DNA of 64,000 nucleotides from Epithemia pelagica. Lineage: Eukaryota; Protista; Bacillariophyta. Shown here piece by piece: positions 55,124-64,000 of the stretch. Both the position numbers and the translations under genes were made by a program. A model generated the notes under the pieces. It worked only from the letters and a program-made list of their open reading frames with translations. It ran no database searches and was not told the DNA's origin. Within the stretch, counting starts at the first letter, position 1. Each line of letters starts with the position of its first letter. The stretch lies in the NCBI GenBank assembly GCA_946965045.2, contig OX337234.1:2666001-2730000 (forward strand), written 5' to 3'.

Positions 55124-56992
55124 TTATCGAAACACAGGCATACCCCAAGGATCCATCTGGCATGTAAGGGGAATGGTCTGCCTCTGGTCGTCGTCGTCTT
55201 TTTCTAGTCGTTCTGGACCACCACCACCATGTAGCGGACTGCCCTGCAGAGTGACCGTGGCTGTTAGATTACTCCCTGTCCTTGAGCTGTCGGTATTGAG
55301 TTGGCCATTTCCGTCGTCCCGTGTCACGGCCCTGTCCATTGATACATGAAGTTGCATGGAATTCGGGTGACTGTGAGCACTACTGTTCGTGTGTCTCGTT
55401 GGGTGGCTGCTGTATCGATTGGAGGAGGGTCCCAAAATGACCCAGACAACCGGACTTGTCGACGTCGTTGTCAAAACCAACCAGGATCTGGGTCTTGTGG
55501 TTGTGGTTGTCGGTGCTGGAGGATGGATCCAGACATAGTGTTCGTGAAGGGCATCCATGACTGCCGTGACAATGGGAAGCACCTCGGTCGTGATCATGTT
55601 TTGCGCATCCCACACAATGAGAATTCTCTTCTTCTTGTTCTTCTCGTCACTGTTGTTGTTGTTGTTATCGTCAGGGTTGTGGTCGTCCTTTGGTTGTAGT
55701 GGTTGTAGTGGTGCCTCTCGTTGGAGCAATTGCGATACAGAGGACCAAATGATGGAAAAGGCACTGGATCCTCCATCCGGATCCGGATCCGGTTCCCGAG
55801 CATGGTCCACCACCACAGTACTAGTCGTCCTCGTCGTCGTAGCACGGTCATTCGGGTTGGTTCGGGTCGTATCGGTCGACGACGAGACGGGGAGGCGGAG
55901 GATTCCATCGGACCGATACAAGGGTTGGTAATAGACGGAATCGTGCCAACTGGTGGTGGTTGTGGACGTGGGATCGGTACTAGGAGTATGGGTACTGTCA
56001 TGGTGGTCCGTTCCCGGGTGGTTGGTGGTGTGCTGCTGCTCCAGAAGTTGACTCCAGACCGACTCAAAGGCCGTACCAAAGTGAGACCATTGCCATGGCA
56101 AGGTGGAATCCAACCACAAGACGACAGTGTTGTTGTTGTTGTTGTTGTTGTTGCATGGATTTGGTGGCAGGATTGGCATGTTCGTGGTGCATGTTGTGGT
56201 TGCTGGTGTGGTGGTGGTGGAACTCGAGCAGTATCGGATCCAATGCGCTGCCAGGGACACTCCCCACAAGGAAGCCGTCATTTGGACCGTCCTGGTGGGA
56301 ATATGGACCGTCGGCAATGTCCGGTGGTGATTCGTGTTGTGGTTGTGGTTGGTCGAACGTTCCTGTTCGGGTGTCTGCTGATCCAATGTAGTTTGTGGTG
56401 ATTTGTGGCACTGAGAGGAGACGAGTGTCGTGTGGGTGACCCATACCAGAGGAGAAGTATGGACCAATGACTGACGACGAATGGGTTGCAAGGGTCGGGG
56501 ACACTCCATTTCGTACTGCAAGCGTTGGACAATTCGATTCATTCCATTGTCATTGGGTGGACGTGTTCGCGTTGTGACTGTGGATGCTTGGTCGTTTGGT
56601 GGGGATGCACGAGGGAAGGACGGTCCGTGCCATTCGTGCTGGATCCGTTGGTGCATGGATCGTTGATACCAGTCAAAGGCCGATTCGGTAATGGTCGTCT
56701 CGTGTTGTGCTTGTGCCGGTGCGTGTGGTGGTGGTGCCATTGTTGTTGTAGAAATGGGGAGAGGATTGTGGTTCGAGTCCATCCACGAGGACGACGACAA
56801 TGGTTCTGCAGCAGCGTCGTCATGTTCCATTCTGGCATGGTCCTCGGTAGGATCCTCTCGGTGTTGGAAAGGCTGTGCGTCTTGTGGTCGATCATGGTCC
56901 TCGTTGGACTGTGCCTGGTCACTTCCATGGTGCTGTAGTAATGGGGACGACGACGACGACATGGTGGTCGTAGGGTGGTCCCCTCTTGACAT
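55124..56992 (-). CDS. Low-complexity-rich protein of unknown function, possibly a degenerate RecA/RAD51-paralog fold
   Basis: 622-aa ORF with ATG. Globular islands (TVQMTASLWGVSLAAHW, VVLWLDS, ILIVWDA) lie between Thr/Asn/Ser microsatellite runs. Confidence 0.6.
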   Translation of the reverse strand: MSRGDHPTTTMSSSSSPLLQHHGSDQAQSNEDHDRPQDAQPFQHREDPTEDHARMEHDDAAAEPLSSSSWMDSNHNPLPISTTTMAPPPHAPAQAQHETTITESAFDWYQRSMHQRIQHEWHGPSFPRASPPNDQASTVTTRTRPPNDNGMNRIVQRLQYEMECPRPLQPIRRQSLVHTSPLVWVTHTTLVSSQCHKSPQTTLDQQTPEQERSTNHNHNTNHHRTLPTVHIPTRTVQMTASLWGVSLAAHWIRYCSSSTTTTPATTTCTTNMPILPPNPCNNNNNNNNTVVLWLDSTLPWQWSHFGTAFESVWSQLLEQQHTTNHPGTDHHDSTHTPSTDPTSTTTTSWHDSVYYQPLYRSDGILRLPVSSSTDTTRTNPNDRATTTRTTSTVVVDHAREPDPDPDGGSSAFSIIWSSVSQLLQREAPLQPLQPKDDHNPDDNNNNNSDEKNKKKRILIVWDAQNMITTEVLPIVTAVMDALHEHYVWIHPPAPTTTTTRPRSWLVLTTTSTSPVVWVILGPSSNRYSSHPTRHTNSSAHSHPNSMQLHVSMDRAVTRDDGNGQLNTDSSRTGSNLTATVTLQGSPLHGGGGPERLEKDDDDQRQTIPLTCQMDPWGMPVFR

Positions 56993-57448
56993 TGGGATGA
57001 ACTTTGGGGTACTTCATGGTCGACCATCGAGATCTGGGACCAATGACATTGATTGAGTCGCGTTTTAGTGGCACTAATAAATAATACGAGTACACCCAGT
57101 ACACGATTCAGCGTTCCTCAATTCGTCAATACGGGGGATAGGAATTGGTTGGTCGGACTACAACAGAGCTGGTTGGGAGTGTCATAAGTGAGTTATGAAA
57201 CTATCTTTTCCCAAGGAGATCCCCAATTCGTCCAAGCACATGCAAAAAAAGCAACGAACGATGACGACGGACGATGCACTCTCACCAAACCCATTGAATG
57301 GAGGAAGAATCATTGACCCACCGTCACTTTTCTGGTGGACATTCATTTGGTGGGCAACGAATCTCGATTGATTGATTGAATTGGTGGATTGGGATCATTG
57401 AAAGCAAGGGCACAATCTCAACATACTCGCAGTTTGGTTCGCCACAAG

Positions 57449-59454
57449 ATGACCTTGACCATTGTGATTGGGAGCTCGGGGTCGGGCAAGACCACCTTTT
57501 TGAACGACGTCTATAAACGACACGCCTGTATTTACCTTCGACAATATCACAGTTTACGACCCTACATTCCCGTCTCGCACATTCCCAATTTTGATCCGAC
57601 GCAATTGCCCTATTGGCACATTTATGAAACCGAAGGCACGGCCGACACCATTTGCGTGGGAGGGACCTTGGCGGGAGAATTCACGGCCGGCTTGTCGGGA
57701 GGACAACGCAAATTGCTCTTGTTTGAACTCCTGTGTCAACGACTCTTGCCGCCAAAATCAACGACAACCATAACGACAAGTACCACCACAACCAACGACG
57801 AATCACAAGGACAACAGCAACAACAGCAACCACAACCAGAATCACCACCACCACACCAAACCGGCATGCGCATTCCCGAATTGATTTGTTTGGACGAACC
57901 CTTTTGTGGTGTCACGGACGATTATGTCTCGTTTGTGACCAAACGGTTGCACCAATTGCAACGCTACCATTTTATCGTCTTGGTCACCAACGATCATGTC
58001 GAGGCCTTGACCCAAATGGCCACTCATATCCTTACCGTATCGGCCGTCGATCGAACCGTGGTGGAATTGCAACTCCCACCACCACCACCACAACCCGTTG
58101 TGTCGGACGACGAAACGGACCAGGACGATGAGGAAAACCCATTTCAGACGCCAGGCGCACCACCCGAATCATCATCATCATCGACGTCCCATACCAAGAA
58201 TCCAACCACCTTGTCGTCGTCGTCGTCGTCGTCGTCCAAGAAACGCCGTCAGGTGGTGTCACGCGAACTCATGATTCAGGCCTTATCGGTGGTTGGCAAA
58301 AAGGATTGGAGAAACGGCGGCCGACGTGGTTCCACCCGATCTACCCGGAGCAGCTTCCACATAACCGACACGAATGCAACCTCGGACGACGACGCAACGA
58401 CCATGACAACCACGCCTACTACTTCACTCTGGTCGGACGCGTACTTTTTTTATCAAGTCGAAGTCGTGTCCAATCGTGCCTTGTGGGGTGTGGTGTTGTT
58501 TACCCTAGTGTGTTTGGGCTTGTTTGTGGTAGCCTTTTGGAATTCCAACGACGATCAAGCCGCCTTGGTCTTGGTGGGGGGAGATGTGATTGCCTTTTTT
58601 GTGTCAATCCCTGTCTACTGAGTTTGGTCGAATGGCGGATTGCCATGCACGAAGAAAGTCATGCCTTGGTCCATTCCTTCCCCGCCCTCTATCGTGCCTT
58701 GAAAACCGCCTTGACCATGACGCTTATTTTGGTCGTGTCGTGGGCCGAATTTGGCGTTGTCAATGCCGTCATGACCAACTCCTCCCTCTTGTCACGAATT
58801 TCCATTTGGATTGGCATGTTTACCGACAGTCTTTCCATGACCTTTGCCTTGATTGGTTTGGGCATTTATACCCATTTGGAGTTTCAACGCGTCGAAATCT
58901 TGGGCACTCTGCCCTTTTTGCTCATGGTCTTTTTCAGTACCACTTTTAGTCCGGGATCCGGCTTGCCCGGTATCAAGGAATTGCGCTACCTGTTTGCCCG
59001 CTTTTACTTTTGGTGTTTGGTCCCCATTGACGACATGGAAGGGTGTCCCGATACCAGTAATGAATGGACCTTGGTCGTGTACATGTGCTTGGCCTCTTTG
59101 GTGGGCGTCGTCCTCTTTGTATCGATCCAAGTGGTGCGAACCTGTCGGACCCGAAGTAAGACGGCGCAAACGGTCGAATTTCGACAAAGTTTGTTGCTCC
59201 AACCCGACTTTGTGCAATTGCAACACAGCTTGTTTGGGGACCACCACATGCTTCATCATTACCGCCGCCGCGTGTCACTACTGGACCCCAACGACGACGA
59301 CGACGACTACGACCAAGAGAATTCCGACGGAGCAAACGACAAGAGAGAATCGATGGAACAACCAACGTCACAAGAAACGACCTCGTCGAACAAGAAGGAT
59401 GATTACGACGCCCCCTTGGACGAAGAGGAATGTTTGCCAGAAGATGAAGTTTAA
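57449..59454 (+). CDS. Atypical ABC half-transporter-like protein (NBD then TMD), with an apparent frameshift at T6 58595-58600
   Basis: Walker A GSSGSGKT, signature LSGGQ, Walker B ICLDE, VTNDH. About six TM segments follow, continuing in the 58306-59454 frame. Confidence 0.8.
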
Positions 59455-60014
59455 CACAAGGGTATGACCCAACGACGACACGAGCAATCCAAGGAGAACA
59501 GGAACGACGTGGAACCAGTCTTTGTGAAGAGTTTGGGAGGATCGCGTGGCCTACATAGGCTGTACGATCAGACAATACTAAACAGTAAGAAGAACACGTT
59601 ATACTCGAATAGGATCACTGATAGTTGGAATGTTTCTTGTCGCAGTTTCAAGAATCGTCCAACAGGCGAGCAACCATGGATTGTCAAGCTTGTTTAGCTT
59701 GGAGGGATTGATTTTATGTTTTTACGTGATTCGACTAGGAGTACCTAGACTCAATCGACATCCCGCAAATATTTGGAAAGGCTAAGTGCTCGATGGTCAG
59801 AGATGGACTATATGGGTCTTGTTCGTGATTGAAAAGACATCATCCTGTTGTGGTGCTCATAACCTTTTGGATCCACCAGAAATGCTTCAGATGGCACTTT
59901 GATCGAAAACAAGTCATGATCTTGTGGGGTAGAGATTTCCATAATTCTATCAAATGTGTGTCCTCCGCGAATTCGATCACCAAGAACTTTGTTTGTAAAC
60001 AATGAAATGATGGC

Positions 60015-60905
60015 ATGATGGACTATGTCGAACATTTGGAACAGCGCCTTGCAGAACGATCGAACGAGCTCGAGGAGATTCATCTCGAGGCAGCGATTGA
60101 TGCAGAACTCACAACGGTCGCCGCTCCAACCCCCACCAACGACAACGACGATAAGAAACAAAACGTGCAAGCCTCCAGCAACCAAAACAGCAATGCAACG
60201 ACGAATCATGAACCCATTTTTGCCGACTACTCCAATCCTCACAGTGTGGCACACTGTTTGAGTCCCTACGTGCCCTCTTCGGCCGATCGAGTGGCGGCCT
60301 TTCTCCAATTTTCCGGCTTGTATGCCTCTCCTCCTTCTTCCACTACGGAGAATCGCGCAGGAGTGGAGGTATTGCTGGATCTGGGATGTGGAGATGGTCG
60401 TGTCTGTATAGCCGCCACAAAACTAACGGGTTGCTGTTCCATTGGCGTGGATGTGTCTCCTCCGTGCATTGAAATGGCCCAAATCATTGCCCAGCAAGAG
60501 TTGGAATCATCGGAGCAACACGACCAGTGTCGATTTTATGCCTGCGATGCGACTCTGGATCCCGACCAACTACTACTGCACGGACAATCGACCTGCACAT
60601 CCCAACAAGACACGAACAACAGCAGCAACAGCAGCAGCACCGCCGAGAACAATCACGACAACAACAACAACAACAACAACCAAACGGCGGCCGCGCTGTC
60701 ACGAGACTTGTCGGCGGCCACCATTGTCTATTTGTTCACTTATCCCACCTTGCTCCGCCAACTGGTGCCACTGCTTCAGCGTCTCATGAGAGATCATGCC
60801 GTGAAACGCATTGTAACGCAAACCTATCATTTGGAACCGTCCGAGGCACATCGGATTCAAACATCGGACGAGTTCAATCTGGTACTGTACGATCAAATGT
60901 GGTAA
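60015..60905 (+). CDS. Class I SAM-dependent methyltransferase (FAM173/ATPSCKMT-like)
   Basis: LSPYVPS, LLDLGCGDGR, GVDVS, DAT and VYLFTYP motifs. Confidence 0.8.
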   Translation: MMDYVEHLEQRLAERSNELEEIHLEAAIDAELTTVAAPTPTNDNDDKKQNVQASSNQNSNATTNHEPIFADYSNPHSVAHCLSPYVPSSADRVAAFLQFSGLYASPPSSTTENRAGVEVLLDLGCGDGRVCIAATKLTGCCSIGVDVSPPCIEMAQIIAQQELESSEQHDQCRFYACDATLDPDQLLLHGQSTCTSQQDTNNSSNSSSTAENNHDNNNNNNNQTAAALSRDLSAATIVYLFTYPTLLRQLVPLLQRLMRDHAVKRIVTQTYHLEPSEAHRIQTSDEFNLVLYDQMW

Positions 60906-60989
60906 CCGAGTGCGACCGAAAACCAAAACAAGCAAGGAACAAGGCCGATGCGGTTCACAACGATCCAAGGAGACTGCTGGAACACTACT

Positions 60990-63730
60990 TGTCCTCGATT
61001 CGAAGGAACTCGACCGCTTCTCCAACACAGTCGAAACTCGTTGGACATGCACTTCAGTCTTTAGTGCCGCAATTCTCCGCTCCTAGAAAACTACGGCTGG
61101 CCGTGCTCGGAAGCCATTCACAAACGAAACGACTTCTCATCGATGATTGCGTTCTCGTTGGAGGGACACGACATCTTCTATCCATGGCAGACACCGAGCC
61201 GTGGTCCCATCCGCTCGAGCCTCCATAAATTGTCGTATGGAGTACTCCTAGAACTATAACGAGTAATGTTCGGACTAGGTTGCATTTCATTCTTTTCGTG
61301 GTCGTCTCATTGTGTCTTCTCTCATGCCTTCCACACTCGAAATAGACTCAAACAACATTAGCTCAAAACAATAACAGCTTTGGCCTTACGAGGTGATCAA
61401 TAAGCTCATTTTACTACAATTAGTACTCCTACTCCTTTGAATTTCGTCCCTTGTTCCGACCACGATACGATAAGCTAGTGATTTCCAAGACATAGCAAAC
61501 CATAGCTGCGCACGCGCACCCAGCGTCAACAGTCACACACAAAAGTCACACATCAACGATCTGTGGTGTCTACTCGTATCTCAAATAACTGCTCAACGCT
61601 CACCAAAGAGGAAGAAGACTCACAATTCTTGAATCCAGATTTGGCCAGTAACTTATCCGTGCGCCCTTGATGAGGACGGGAAATCGAAAGCATCAGTGAT
61701 CGCAAAAGTGAACCTCTACCAAGATCATGTTAGGCCGACCTCTCCGTTTCCAAACGACGGTTCTATTTTGTCTGGGCCTGATGCTAGTCCAGCAAGTGGT
61801 TTTGTTCTTTGATTTGCCTTTTTGGTCACTGTCGAATCCTCTGTTGGACAACCGCAACGACTGGAACAGCACTACTTCGAAACCCCACAACGCAAACGCG
61901 GGAATCTGGATTGATGTGCAATCGTTGGAACGCAGTTCCAATAATACCCAGACAACCGCCCAATTGTCATCTTCCAAGGAAGCAGCAATAGTTTCATCGG
62001 ACAAGGCCAAGTTATGGATTCATGTGGGACCACCGAAAACTGGGACGACAACGATTCAATCAGAGCTCGCCGCGTTGCAACCGGAATTGAATAGGGATGG
62101 GTATCAATACAGCAGTGGAGTCTTTGTGCAAAATAATCAACAGAGGTACTTTTTTGACCAAACTTGCCAGAAACAGCTCGCACAGGTACGATTCGAGGTT
62201 CTTGCCTCACCACCCGATACGAATGTGACATCCTCGAAAGAGCGACAACTGCGCTTGTATCAGTCTCTTGTCCAAGTGCCCTGTTGGAAGCAGCGTTTGG
62301 ACCTACTGAAATCATGGTCTGAGCAAGGGAAGCGTCATGTGATTTTGTCCAATGAGGCTATTGGCTTTCGCTGGATTCATTATCAGGGATTATCGCAACC
62401 CACGCATGCGGACTGGATCTCTATCAAGGCAACCTTGGAACCCCTGTACGACATTCATGTCATTGTCACGTATCGTCGCTACTATGATTGGCTCGTGAGT
62501 AGTGTCAACCATCAAAATCGATGGGTGCCCTCACATCCTCGACGCAACAAGTGGCCCGGTCGGCCACAAAATGGAAAACCACTCATCTCCTTGTACCCGG
62601 CCATGCTGAATCCGGACCGCCAGAAACAAGTTTTGGACTTTTATCCGACGAGCGCCGTACTGCGCAACTTGGCACACTACTTTTCGGCGGAGGAACACAA
62701 GTTGCACGTTTTGAATATGCACAATGACCATGGCGACGACAGTGGCCAAGGCAGGATGATTGAAAAAAGCATGGTGTCCACCTTGCTTTGTCGCCTCCTA
62801 CCGGACACGCATTACGCCTGTCAAAAAAGCCGTGCCAAGGACAACCTCCCCGAAACGCGAGTGAATGCTCGTACGGACCACGAAATGGAGGAAATTGTCT
62901 ATGATTTCATCGTCACGGGAGCTGCCCAACGAGGCTTGTTGGATATTCAGGGACGGAAGCGACACGAGGTGGCCTTGAAAGCACGACACTTTTACCAGGT
63001 TGAACGAAATCAAACTCTCTGGGATTCTTCCCTTTTCCTGTCCCACATGGGCCGAGGCCCAAGGACTACTCCAACAATCCTTGCACATGGAACAGCAAAT
63101 GGCCCACTTGTTTCACAATACCGACCCACTGGAAGCATTGTCCATGTTTAACTCAAGTCGAACGACGCAAGCCTTTCAAACCTTTGTCGGACAAACCAAA
63201 AAGTTGTGCACGGTCCATGTCCATCCATGTCTCGACGCCACGAGTGTCCACTCCATCCCGTGGCGGGAATTTTTTGCTTCCTTGTAGTATAGTCGTGGTT
63301 GCACCGTCCGGTATCTTGGTGGCGTCGGCCCACGCCGGATGAAATGTGCTCCGCGTCATGCGACGTGGGGCTGGATGGGTATGCCTTGGACAGTGGAACG
63401 GATGGTGACTGCTCCGACAATCGACAGGCACATCCCAACAAGAGACGCAAAACAGCAGCAGCAGAACCGCCATGACAAATCCCAACAGCCACCACCAAAG
63501 GTGGCAGGAAGGCCCCTGCAGCTCACAACCATGATGTGTTGGAACAGGACACCACTCCTCTATAGTCGGAGAAACTCGACTGCTTCTTGTATACCGTCGA
63601 AACTCGTGGGACCTATACTTCATCCTTTGGTCTCGCAATTTTTCGCTCCTGGAAGACTTGCGCTAGCCTTTGTCGGATGACCAAACAACGTTTCGTAGAG
63701 GATTGCTTCCCCGAGCCGTGGTCCCATCCG
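60990..63730 (-). repeat. Two diverged copies (about 60990-61215 and 63563-63730) of a decayed coding-like segment
   Basis: Shared AACTCGAC(C/T)GCTTCT, GTCGAAACTCGT, CGCAATT, CGCTCCT and CCGAGCCGTGGTCCCATCCG; stops or indels in both copies. Confidence 0.7.
61727..63287 (+). CDS. Type II membrane sulfotransferase-like protein, with an apparent frameshift near 63025
   Basis: Signal anchor, WIHVGPPKTGTTTIQ, ILSNE and VTYRRYYDWLVS. The C-terminus continues plausibly in the 63000-63287 frame (LPFSCP...KLC...WREFF). Confidence 0.7.
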
Positions 63731-63960
63731 TTCGTTCGGACCCAACTACTCCTCCAACTATATCCTTGGAGGCTATCTTTCGAGCTAAGTTAGCTACGAT
63801 GTATTGTCTCTGGGGGCTTTCTTCGCCCCCAATGATACTACCTAGTCTTTCCAGAGAACTTTGAAACGTAGAATGAATGATGATATTTGAGTCAACACGC
63901 GAGGTATTATTTGGCAAAGCATCCTATCTCATTTTTTTCTGGTCGTGGGTGTTGACCAAG

Positions 63961-63986
63961 AAAAAAAAAAAAAAAAAAAAAAAAAA
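63961..63986 (+). repeat. A26 homopolymer
   Basis: 26 consecutive A read directly. Confidence 0.9.
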
Positions 63987-64000
63987 GAGAGCCAAACTGT

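Noticed and set aside
59808-60308. 166-aa minus-strand ORF
   Set aside because: It overlaps the methyltransferase start in antisense and has no recognisable domain.
63961-63986. Poly(A) tail of a LINE, SINE or retrocopy
   Set aside because: No upstream element body or TSD is identifiable, and the window ends 14 bp later.
1-64000. tRNA, rRNA or snRNA genes
   Set aside because: No cloverleaf or conserved RNA-gene motif was recognised by eye.

Overview
Eukaryotic genomic DNA, most likely from a pennate diatom. This is an inference from the diatom-type Copia elements, the gene families present and the short GT-AG introns. Two gene-rich flanks enclose a ~40-kb transposon-dense block (14.9-54.8 kb). 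Left flank (1-14.7 kb): bestrophin-like channel, cystathionine beta-synthase, a tandem-domain imidazoleglycerol-phosphate dehydratase, a sulfotransferase-like protein and a GT10 fucosyltransferase. Right flank (55-63 kb): a RecA-fold-like protein, an atypical ABC protein, a SAM methyltransferase and a second sulfotransferase-like protein. The central block holds a tyrosine-recombinase (DIRS/Ngaro-type) retrotransposon, two young Ty1/Copia elements, an intact-looking PIF/Harbinger-like DNA transposon, several MITE or foldback elements, gene fragments and a Crinkler-type NTPase-nuclease gene. Most striking observations: (1) a head-to-tail dimer of a ~390-nt unit whose two diverged copies keep a covarying rod-like fold with periodic GAGGA/GACAA loops; (2) a duplicated IGPD whose halves appear to have lost complementary metal ligands; (3) a degenerate C5-DNA-methyltransferase-like domain fused ahead of the RT in the YR element; (4) a Copia with non-TG..CA LTR ends and an ~830-aa membrane-segment insert. 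Several frameshifts fall in homopolymer runs and may be assembly errors. All family assignments come from motif recognition by eye; no database searches were run.
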